A stretch of 44,151 nt of DNA. Origin: Oscillospiraceae bacterium. GTDB lineage: Bacteria; Bacillota; Clostridia; Oscillospirales; Oscillospiraceae. Shown here piece after piece: positions 7,053 through 17,900 of the stretch. How positions within the stretch are numbered: position 1 is the stretch's first letter; every line of letters begins with the position of its first letter. The stretch lies in contig JAISAA010000263.1 of assembly GCA_031266955.1 (NCBI GenBank), positions 1-44,151 of the forward strand, written 5' to 3'. The notes beneath the pieces were generated by a model, which was not told where the DNA came from, made no database searches, and saw only the letters and a program-made list of their open reading frames with translations. Position numbers and translations under genes: made by a program.

Positions 7053-8771
7053 ATGGGCGACAGGCTTGATAACGGACAAAACGCTCCCGCCGAAGAAAAT
7101 ACGGTGAATACGGCGAATACGGAGAATACGGAAAATGCGGCGGGCGGCGTCAAATTTTCGGTAAAGAAGCGGAGCATAACAATTATCGCGGCGGCGCTGG
7201 CGGCGGCGGGACTCATAGCCGCGATAACCGCGCTGATATTGGGCGGCGGCGTCAGGGGCGTCTCTACTATATATAAGGCCGCGACGGATAAGTCCACGGT
7301 CATAGAGCATATGGTCGTCGGCGTTGAGGGACTTGAGGGCGGCTACCGCCCACAGGACGTGGCGCTGCCCGGCGACAGGCTGGTGTCGGACGCTATCTAT
7401 GAGCCTCTTGTGGCCGCCGGCCCGGAGGGGCTGCCGGTGAACGTGCTGGCGGAGAGCGTGACGCTTTCGCCGGACGGCCTTGTGTACACGGTGCGGCTCA
7501 AGGACGGTGTGAAATTTCACAACGGCCAGCTTTTGACGGCGCGGGACGTCGCCGCGTCAACGGCGGCGCTCATCGGGCGGGGTACGCGGTTCGAGCCCTA
7601 TCTGGCGGGGCTTAACGGGTATGAGGAATACATAGGCGGCGCGCCGGAGCTGTCGGGCGTCGTCGCCGAGGGCGAGGCTGCGGTGGTGTTCAGCTTCGCG
7701 TCGGCCAAGGCCGAAAATGTCTGGGCGCTGGGCGTCGGCGTGCAAAGGGCCGACGAGATAGGGGATTATTCGGCGGTCAACGGCACCGGCCCGTATAAAT
7801 ACGGCTCTTACTCCGAGGCGCGGCGGACGCTCATCCTTGAACCCAATGGGGATCACCGGGGCGGCGCGCCGGCCGGCGGCGTATCGCTTCGGGATATGAC
7901 CCTGTCCGAGGCCGTGGGTCTGTACAAGGCCGGCGAGATAAACGCTTTCCAGTTCAACTACGATGAGAAGCTGCTGTCCGAGGCGGCGGCAATACCGGAT
8001 ATCAACATCTATCAGGGCGACGGGGGCGGCTATCTGTATCTGGGGATAAATTGCGCCAGATTTGACGTCCCGCTGCGGCGGGCGCTGGCCTATGCGCTGG
8101 ATCGCGAGGCGTTCGCGGCGGAGGTGTTCGGCGGGGGAGCGGCTGCTGCTGCGCTGCCGCTGCCGGAGGCGGCCTTTGCCGCCGACGGGCTGAGTAAGCT
8201 CGCCCGGTATAAGCACAGCGAACGGGCGGCGCTGCGTGAATTTAAGGCGGCGGGGTATGAGAAAAACGCCGCCGGGAAAATGGCGTCGGCGGACGGTACG
8301 CTCCTGACGCTGACTATCACGGCGCTGGATACGGAGCTTGCCCGCCGCGAGTTGAACGCGATAGCGGCGCAGCTTGATGAGTACGGTGTGCAGGTGTCGC
8401 AGGATTTGATACCGTACAAGGACTACCGCGCGCAGATATACCGGGACGGCGACTATGACCTGTATATGTCTACCTGGCAGGGCGGCGCTTACGTGGATAT
8501 GAGCCGCTTCGCCCGCGGCTCGGGTATGAACATAGAAAACTGGGAGAATGAAACGGCTTACGCGGCGCTGGAGGAAATAGCCGCGGCAATAAGCTATGAG
8601 GCGGCGGCGGAGCATTACGCGGAGCTGCTCGGGCAGTACGGCGGCGACGTGCCGCAGATACCGCTGGCGACGACGAAGCGCTTTCTGGCGGCGCACCACA
8701 GCATAAAGGGCTTGTCTTACTCGCAATATTCCACGGTGTTCGGAAATCTGAGCGGCGTGAAAATAGGCTGA
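7053..8771 (+). CDS. ABC-transporter family-5 (peptide/nickel type) solute-binding protein, membrane-anchored, orphan
   Basis: 572-aa ORF. The N-terminus has a low-complexity segment followed by a hydrophobic anchor (ITIIAAALAAAGLIAAITALILGG) with no lipobox Cys. VRLKDGVKFHNGQLLTARDVAAS matches the hallmark SBP_bac_5 motif. No permease or ATPase genes occur in the window. Confidence 0.8.
   Translation: MGDRLDNGQNAPAEENTVNTANTENTENAAGGVKFSVKKRSITIIAAALAAAGLIAAITALILGGGVRGVSTIYKAATDKSTVIEHMVVGVEGLEGGYRPQDVALPGDRLVSDAIYEPLVAAGPEGLPVNVLAESVTLSPDGLVYTVRLKDGVKFHNGQLLTARDVAASTAALIGRGTRFEPYLAGLNGYEEYIGGAPELSGVVAEGEAAVVFSFASAKAENVWALGVGVQRADEIGDYSAVNGTGPYKYGSYSEARRTLILEPNGDHRGGAPAGGVSLRDMTLSEAVGLYKAGEINAFQFNYDEKLLSEAAAIPDINIYQGDGGGYLYLGINCARFDVPLRRALAYALDREAFAAEVFGGGAAAAALPLPEAAFAADGLSKLARYKHSERAALREFKAAGYEKNAAGKMASADGTLLTLTITALDTELARRELNAIAAQLDEYGVQVSQDLIPYKDYRAQIYRDGDYDLYMSTWQGGAYVDMSRFARGSGMNIENWENETAYAALEEIAAAISYEAAAEHYAELLGQYGGDVPQIPLATTKRFLAAHHSIKGLSYSQYSTVFGNLSGVKIG
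7097..7141 (+). repeat. Five tandem copies of a 9-bp unit, in frame, within the SBP N-terminus
   Basis: AAATACGGT GAATACGGC GAATACGGA GAATACGGA AAATGCGGC, encoding NTV NTA NTE NTE NAA. Confidence 0.85.
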
Positions 8772-8802
8772 TACCGCACATAAACAGGGGGGATACTTGG
8801 TT

Positions 8803-8928
8803 ATGAAGAATACACTGAAATACCTGAAAAGGCTTGTCAGCGCGGCGGCGCTGAAACGCGCGATAGCGGCGCTGCTCGTGGCGCTGACGCTGATGCAGAA
8901 CGGCGCCTCAATACTGCCCGCGCTTGCC
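8803..8928 (+). other. Signal peptide of the giant protein
   Basis: MKNTLKYLKRLVSAAALKRAIAALLVALTLMQNGASILPALA|DTGEE: a basic n-region, a hydrophobic core and an A-L-A cleavage-type site ending at nt 8928. Confidence 0.7.
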
Positions 8929-11900
8929 GATACGGGAGAGGAGCAGACACAGCAGGAGCAGGTGACGCAAACACAGGAGCAGCAGCCGGAGCCGGAGCCG
9001 GAGCAATCGCAGCCGGAACCGGAGCCGGAGCAGACCGGCGGACAGACCGGCGAGCAAGCCGGCCCGCCGACGCCCGGCGCGGGGGATAGCCCGCAGGAGC
9101 CGGCGAAAACGCCGGAGAAAACCGGCGAACAGGCCGGCCCTCCCACGCCGGACGGCAAAACGGGGCAAACGGAGCCGCCAAACGAGAGCTTTGAAAACGG
9201 TGGAGTGCTAAGCGAGCTTGAGGACCGGCTTAATTCCGGCGAAAGCCTGAACAGCGAGGCGGGCCCTCAAAGCGACGAGGGCGAGGAGCCCGAAACCGGT
9301 GAGGAGCCCGGAGACGGCGAAGAAGACCCCGGGCTGCCGCCGGACGCGCAGGGCGAGGTGGGCCTGCGGATTGTCCTAAACAGCGATGGGGCGGAGAGCG
9401 AGTTCCTGGACGAGGATCACAGGGTCCGCATGGTAAAGCCCACGGAGGAGGGCACAAATATCAAGACGGCTCGGGCGATCTTGGAGATAGTGCCGCCCAC
9501 GGCGGGAGCTGCAAACAATGTGGTCGTCCATCTGCGTCTCGGCTACGTGGGCCCGGACGGGGAGGACGGCGCCACGTTTAAGCACAGCGACAGCCCCCTT
9601 GACGAGGCGCAGGCCCCCGGCTACGGCGGCGTCTGGGTCAACATTGAAGAGGACAGCGCCAGTACTGAAGCGGCGTGGATAATCCCGACGGAGGAATGCG
9701 CGGGCGTAATAAACCAAACGATAGAGGATGACGGGAAGCTCTGGCATTACGGCTCAGAGGCCGTCATACTGTTTCCGAGCGTGCCGGACACGTATCATTT
9801 TACGGTTCCGCTGGAGTACGGCTTCTACGGCGAGGTGCCGGAGGGTATGCGCTTTTATATGTACGCCTGGGTGGAGTACGAGGGCATAGACGGGAACACA
9901 GACTTGGGCTGGAAGCAGCCCTACAGCGGCCCGTATCAGGAGACGATTTTTTATCTGCTGCCGACAAATATAAAGTGGCAGCCAAAGGTTGACGTCGTAA
10001 AGCCGGTAGTCGTCGCATGGGACAGGTACAACTATGACGTGTTCGACGTCAAGGTGAATAACAACTCGATAAAGCCCTCGGCTGTTATCAACGACACAAA
10101 GCTTTTCTTCACAGTCCCGCCCGCCTTCTCAAACCAGAAGGACGCGAACGGCGGCGAGGTGGACCCGGATATCCGCCGCTGGAAATACAACGGCGACGAC
10201 CCGCCCGTCGAGGTGACGAACTACGACACCGGTATCTCCAACGACCCGTACATAGGCGTGATCGACAAGGGCGGCCTGCTGATCTACGACGTCACGGATA
10301 TAGACCCGGAGCTGCTGGAGGGCGAGGCGTGGGACAGGCTCATGCCGACGCTGACGGGCATCCCCTACTACGTGACGGGCGACGGCCAGATATACTTCAA
10401 TATGGGCAATACGCTGCTGCCCGATCCCGCTAACGTCGAGATTGCCGACGTCGATAATCAATACGGCGGCTACAGGCAGCAATTTGAAGACCTCGACGGC
10501 CGCGCCGAGAGAAAATACCGTATATACATCCCGATAGCCAACCTGTTCAACTACCGCCCGGCGGATATCATCACCGGCGTGCAGGCGACAATATTTTTCG
10601 GGCACGAGATAAAAGAGCAGACCGGCTGGACAAAGGAAGACCTCGCCAAGGTCTCGCACGTGTACCCGAAGCACGAAATGACGTTGAGAAAGTACACGGA
10701 CACCCCCACAAATTACCTGTACGAGGACGCGTCATTTTACATCTCGGACGTGACGAACGTCGAGCAGGACGAGGGGAACTACACCCCGGCAAAGGTGCGC
10801 CTGACGGACGCGATACCGGACGGCTTTATGCTGGAGTACATCGAGTACATAGTTCCCGACGACGATTACTACGCCCCTGAAAACTGGCTGGGCGAGGACG
10901 GACGCTACAGCTATTATCTGGTGGACGACGGCGACCCGGATAAAAACGAGTTCAATATCACCGTCAACAATCCGGACGATGCCGAAAGAATTGAAGTGGA
11001 GGCCGACGTATACCCCGCGCTGGAGTACAGGCGGAACATCTGGAGTGAGGTTCTTGACCCCGAGACACATGACCCGGTGCTCGATCCCGAGACGAACGAG
11101 CCGCTTCTGGAGCTCACCGGCACGGAATGGGTTCCGTTTTACGCCAACGACGAGGCTGTAAATGCGTTGACCTCGGAGACGGCGAAGACGCAGGCCCTGT
11201 TCGGTGAATATACCGTCGAAGACGATAAGCGCGTGTACCGCATACCCGTGCCGGCGGAGTTCAACAAGGATCTGCAAAAGGGCGTGGAGCCGATCGACGT
11301 CGTACAGCCGCCGTCGCCGCCGCTTGAGCCGCACGAGCTCCGCATAAATTTCAAGGAGTATTTCGACATCGCCTACACGTTCCCCGGCACGTTCAGGCTG
11401 GCCGGCAATATCAACAAGACGGGCGTGATCGAGAATACGGTCAGGCTAAACCGCGATTACCGGCACGAGGTAACAAAGCAGGACGATTACACGAAGACTT
11501 GGCGCCCCACCTATGTGGAAAACCCGCGTGACGTGGCGAACGGCGTCCTAAAAGGGATGATCGGCGAGCTGCCGCCCGTGACGGCGACGGCCCGCATCAC
11601 AGTGCCCGACCCGCTACCCGTGCTGACGATGAAAGCGTTCGCGGACGATGTGTCGCCCGGCAGTGGTGAGGTGAGCGAATGGGTCTACGGAGACGCGTTG
11701 CAGGCGATACAGCACGCCCCCGTCGGCTACAGGGCGGACATTACGATGAGCAACGCAAGCTCGATGCGCGACGTTGACGCTGAGCTGACGATCCCGTACA
11801 ACGGGGGCGTCAACGGCGACCGCGCCAGCTTCCGCTTCTCAGATTTCTACGTCAGCCCGCAGACGGTCGAGGTGGCCGGCGTCACCTCAATAAAATTCTA

Positions 11901-14900
11901 CAGCGACGAGTTTTCCGGCGATATGGATGGCATACTCCCCGCCGTGCCGTATCTGCGCGACGAGGTGCGCGTCTATCCGCCCGAAATTGAGGGCGGCGAA
12001 TACACCACGGAGATATTCCACTACCCCGACCCGTCCCGGGCGGAATGGGCGGACGCCGACGACCATACTAAGGGCAGAGTGCCGCCGGAGGAAGTGACGG
12101 GCCAGCCGAGCGGGACCGAGTTCACCGCGTGGCGTATAGCGGCAAACCCGGTATCTGCGGAGGAATATAAGTACAAAATATTCGCGGAGTTCGACAACGC
12201 CGGCGGCCTCATTATATATATGAGCGACGCGGCGGCCCCGGCGGGCTTGGATGAAAATGAGCTGACAGGCGACTTTTCCGTTGACCCCAGCTACAACGTC
12301 GGCGACCCCTCCAAGTCAAACAGGCTGCTGCGCTGGGCGTACAAGGTCCCGAAAATCTCCCTGCACCTGTTTGAGATACCCGGCGGCACAGCCGCAAACA
12401 CCATATTCGTCCAGATGAACGCGCGCGGAAGCTCCCAGGCCTTAAACGCTGAAAATAATGACGAACGGGTCACGGAGTACGGCATCGCCGCCCCCGGCAC
12501 GTACATTTCGCAGGGCACGCTGTCCGCGAAAATACCGACCGGCTATCAGACGCGTAAACCGCTCACCCGCAGCGATACCGCGCGGATACAAATTGCCCCC
12601 GCCACGCTCTGGACGGAGGCAAAGGTGCTGTGGCCTGAGCGGAGCGATACGCCGGCGGATACGAAAGCCGTAGCCTACGGCACGCCGGTGTGGTTCCGTT
12701 ACCGCGCGGGCAATATATCCCAAAACCCGTTTGAGCCGGCGTGGCTGACTATGACGCTGCCGCTTGTGACGGCGGACGCAAACAACCGGATGCGCGGCTT
12801 TCAGGCGGACGAGCTCGAGATTTCAAACGCGCTGTGGTCGCGGCTTAGGGCAAGCTCGTCGAAAAAAAGCCTGCATTCGATAACCTTCGTCAGCGCGGAG
12901 GACCCGGAGGTCACGTTCACGCTTGACCTGGAGAAAGAGGACAATCAGCAATACTATAACTACGACGAAATAGAAACCGACGATAGCATCGCAATGACCG
13001 TCACAAAAGAGCAGTGGAAGGCGTTCATAGCATCGGAATACACAGCCGAGAACGAAGCCCTGTCGCTGGGTCTGTCCCCCGAGACCATAGCGGCGCTGGC
13101 GGAAAGCTTCCGCCTCGGGCAGGTGCGCCTCGACTTCTACGACTACCCGCGTGACGTAGACGGCGAGAAAGACAGGAAGAAGGTGGAGCCGACAGTCGCA
13201 TACTGCGACGAGGTGTACATTAAAGGCGCCGTGAATCACTATTTCACAGCGCAGCAGCCCGGCGTAACAAGCGTGGTGTGGGACGGCGACAACATTACGG
13301 CGCCGGTCAGCGATTCGGCAAGGGTGACGACGACGCCGTTCACAATAGGCGCGCAGGCGTACACGTTCAGGAACGGAAAGGACGCCGTACTGAAAACCGC
13401 CGACCAAGCGCCGTTCAACGACCCGGGCAGCGCCCCGTACATTTTCCGTCTGACAAACAGCAGCGTCAGCGGCGTCTGGGACTCAGCCGTCGAAATAACG
13501 CTGCCGCTTATCACCACCGGCAGCGCCGCCGGCAGGGGCTTTCAGGCCGAGGCGGTGACGCTGACGGAAGAATTCTTCCGCGACGCGGACATAGCGTGCG
13601 TCCGGCTGACGGGAACGGGCGGGACGGAAACGGACGAGTACGGCAAACCGATCACCGAATACGTCATAGAGGCGGCGGCTATAGAGGCCGGGATGAGCGG
13701 GGAGATTTACATCATAACCGAGGACGCTGAAGGCTGGCAAAAATATGTCGGCAAGCTGTTAAAGGTGACGGTGGAGCTCAACAGCTTTAAGGAGCAAGTG
13801 ACTTTCGCGACGAGTTACACCCCGGCGGAGCCGGGTGATCCGGAGGATCCGGAAGACGAGGGCACACCGGCGGACTACGGAACCTATTTCGACCACCACA
13901 TCCGCGTGGACGGTCACATCGACGCCTACGAATATTCCGCGGCGGCCAAAAACTTTGTCGCGAACGTCGTCTGGCGCGTGCGGGACTTCGCGGCGGAGCA
14001 GAGGGCAAACGCGCAATACGAGGTGACGCCCGCCAACCCCATTTCGGTGGCCTACGCCTGGGCGAAAGAAGACGACGAGGGGAACGATATGCCCTACGCG
14101 GACGTTTTTTACGATGAGAACGAAGGCGACGGCTACGGCATACATAATGACACCGCCGTGTATCTGGAGCAGGACAAAGAAGAAGGCTCCCCGGCCTACG
14201 TGTTCGAGCTCAACAACGACTCCGCGAGCTGGCTGTGGGAATCCGCGATACATATCGAGCTTCCGGTGAACACCTACGGCAGCGCGGTAAACAAGGGCTT
14301 CCGGGCGGAGTATATAAAATTCACTGCGGAATTCCTGCGCCACGCCGTCATAGCCGGCGGCGAAAACGGCGTCATAAAGCTGACGGACTCCGAGGGGAAA
14401 ATATACGAGATACCGGTCTCCGAGCTGGACCTGCCGGCCAATCACGCGACGATCAAGCAAAATGACAGCTCCGCCGCATACACGGAATATAAACTCTCTT
14501 TGACGGGCCTCAAGGCGACGGACGGCGAGGACTTCGGGCTTTTGCGCTTCATAGACGTCGAGCTGTCGGACTATAAGGGCGAAGCGAAGCACGGCGAGGA
14601 CGGCGAGGGCGCCAACATCATAGTCGGCGGCCTGTTCGACGCGACGCATTACTTCGGGGAACCGCTCTATCCGGCTAATTGGAGCCATGAGTTCCCGGCG
14701 GTGATCACCTGGACGTCGAGCGGCGTGAGCATACCGCGCACCTACAATACGGCGAAATTCTCCGTGACCGATTTCAATTTGCAAGTCAGGGCTTTCGCGT
14801 GGGGCGAGGACTACGCTACGCTCCAAGCTATGTTCAACGACTCAAACGAGCATAACGCGACCGCGAAGGACGGCACGCGCGCGCCGGTATCCGGTGACCC

Positions 14901-17900
14901 GACAGATTTGCAGGGAACAAGGTCAGCGGACAACAAAGCGGCGACGGCGTATTTAGAGAAGACCCATCCCGCCGAGAACGCCGGAGCTGAAAACTATCCC
15001 GGCAATCCGGTGTACGTCTACGAATTCAGCAACGCGTCCAAAAGCGCGGCGTGGGCCTCCACGATAAAAATCGACCTGCCCATCAGAAGCGGCGCCGACG
15101 CCGTCGAGGATAAAGACCCCGAAAACAAAGTGGCCCTGCCCAACACCAGCATCGACGTCGGCGACGAGGGCCGGGGCTTTATAGCGGAGGAGCTGACGCT
15201 CACAAACGAGTTCTTACGCTCCCTCGTCCCGCCCGACGTCAATGAGGCGAATCTGCTGAAAGGCATAACGTCGATAAAGCTGTTCGACGCCGACGAGGAA
15301 ATATCGCCGGTAACGGTAAGCTTAGCGTCGGTGAGCATTGAGGAGGACGGCGGCGACCTCGTAATAAAAATATCCGATCACCAGACAATTAAAACGCTGA
15401 AAACCGTAGAGATAAAGATCAACGGCTTCAAGGGCGGCGTCACATTCCGCAACAAGCTTGATTTGGGCGAGAAAGAGCAGGACGCCGAGGACGACGAGTT
15501 TATTTTCGGCGCGAACATCTATATCCGCGGCTACGCTGACGCCTACACGCTGACAAAAACGCCGTTCAAGCCTGAGCTCCGGAATACCTACAACAACGCG
15601 CAGATCGTTCAGAATAGAGCGCCGGAAACATTCTTCGAGCTCCAAAGCCACGTCGATTGGAAGGACGACACCTACAAAGCAGGCGGCGCGGACGACGCCT
15701 GGTTTGACTGCGTACCGGCGGACCTGACCGTAGAGGCCTTCGCGTGGAACAAGGACGGCGACAAGCTGGGCGAAAGCGATTACGATGAGTTTTTGAAAAA
15801 GGCGACGAACAACGCCAAAGCCTTTTATAAAGAAACGCCCTCCGCCTACGTCTACCGTTTCAGCATAGCCGGCAACAGCGGCATATGGGACACGACGGCC
15901 ACGATAGAGCTGCCGGCGACCGTCGCCGCGGCAACCTCACCCGCCGATCCCAAGCTGAACACCGGCCGGGGCTTCGTGACGGAAAGCATCGTGTTCACAA
16001 AAGAATATCTGCAAGCCACGGCGCACGCGTTGCCCAACAACACGTCGGCGTTCTCGCTGGGTAAGGCGGCGATAAAAGCCGTGACGCTTACCGACACGAA
16101 CGGCAAAAGCTATGCAATACCGCTGGAGCCGGACGATATTGATATAAACCAAGACTGGGTGATAGTGGTCGCCGATTTGCGCACGGATCAGGAAACGGCT
16201 GATATTTTCGCGGACTTCGCAACGCTGAAAACAGTCGTCGTGGAGCTTGAAAGCTTCAACGGTCTTGTCCAAAAAACCGATAACGCGAACATCGTGATCC
16301 ATGGCGGGTTTGACGACTTCGCCAACTATCCGGGCATTGATAACAGCCTCACCGTCTCCGCGAACGGCGACCGCTTCACGACGACGGTGCTCTGGGTACC
16401 GCGGGGCGAGCGCACAGACCCGACGCTCGCTTGGTGGCAGAGGATCGACGGCTGGAAAGCGCACCCGATCACAGTCAGTAGAAATCAGGAACAAACGACA
16501 TTGCAGCGAAACTGGGTCTTCACCCGCTACCTGAAACGCGTGGACGCCAGCGCGTACTTCGCCGTGCCCCGCCCGAACCTCGTCGTGAAGACGACGGCGC
16601 AGAGCGACGAGCGTCTGCCTAATGTGGAAGAGGAAGTCCAAGACCCGCCGCTCCCGGACGACGCTGAGCAGTTCTATTCGCTCGTGGACGTGCCGATCTA
16701 CAGCGGCGGCCAGTTCCGCTACCGGATGACAAACGTCGGAATATCCGGAGACAGCGAGACGGCAAACCTCGTCAGTATGATGGACGACCCGTATGTGTCG
16801 CCCTCCGGCGCCCCGGCGCCGGCCAACGGCGACACGGAATTTTTGATGACGATCGCCGTGCCGGTGAACAAGGACGACGCCTTGCAAAATCCGAATATGG
16901 GCTTCCGCATGAACTACGCCGTCATAACCTCCGGCCTGCTGGAGGCGGCGACGCTGTCAAAGGTCGTGTTCAAAAACAGCGCCGGCGAGACGTATGAACG
17001 CGTAATAACAGCGGAGGAAAACGAAAACGATGCCGAGCTCGTGATCCCGATAACGGAATGGGAGGAAAACTGGGCTGAGCTTGACGAGCACAGAGCCGGC
17101 GAAAAAGCGGCGTACCCGAACGAGATAATCATCTATTTCACGCGCTTTGAGCGCGACGTGTTCACGATAGACGAAGCCGATTTTTTGATCCACTGCGACA
17201 CCGATCCGGAATGGGAAACGCAGGACGAAAAAGGCGTGATCGACGACGGAACCGAGCGCGTGATAAACACATATTACGACCACGTCAGCACGGCGTTGTG
17301 GTACAACCGCTACCTCGCGTGGAAGCAGGGCAAGGTCCCGAACGACGCCGCCTACGTAAGAAGCACCGGCGCCGCCATAACGACAAGCGCGGCGAATATC
17401 TACGTTTTCCCGGCGATACCGTCTCTGGCGCAGCTGGCGTATGACGCAGACACGGCGGATCCGGGACGCCCGTTCTACGATTCCGAGGAAACGGTGACGT
17501 ACCGCGAGACCCAGTCCGGCTACTGGGTGCAGCTCTACAACCCCTCGCCCAGCATATCGACGAAATCCAAGGCGACGATAACAATACCCCACGAGGGCGA
17601 GAAAACCAACGACCCGAGAGGCTGGGGCTTCATCACGGAATCGGTGGACTTCAACGAGGCGCTTATGCGCAGCCTCACGGGCCGCGAAACGAATTTGTCG
17701 AAAAACGACGCCGACGGCACAAGGATCAGCGCCATTTACCTCTACGAATACGAAAATGACGAAACGCCGAAGCAGACGATAATCGGCGGCGATCCGGATG
17801 ATCCGCGCTATCTGGCGGCTCTTGATACCGCGGAAGCTTTTACGCTGCTGGCGGCGGACTACTGGGAAGACCCGGCTGATCCGTACACCCTCGGCAAAAT

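Noticed and set aside
6827-7520. Minus-strand ORFs 6827..7303 and 7017..7520 over the leader and SBP 5' end
   Set aside because: The products are low-complexity and antisense to the SBP gene. The region is better explained as promoter, leader and SBP coding sequence.
8797-8802. TTG at 8797 as the giant gene start (ORF-track start)
   Set aside because: It lies only 4 nt from the AGGGGGGA Shine-Dalgarno-like run. The ATG at 8803 has a normal 10-nt spacing. The difference is two residues and cannot be settled from sequence alone.
7557-9158. 533-aa minus-strand ORF spanning the SBP gene and the start of the giant gene
   Set aside because: It is antisense to two well-supported genes. The translation is Arg/Pro/Cys/Ser-rich low complexity with no recognisable motif or RBS. 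It is a typical stop-poor shadow frame of high-GC coding DNA.
13201-13212. Y-C-D-E in the giant protein as a possible thioester-domain Cys motif
   Set aside because: The residue after Cys is not hydrophobic as in known thioester domains. I found no partner TQxxxW-type motif nearby, so a single tetrapeptide is not evidence.
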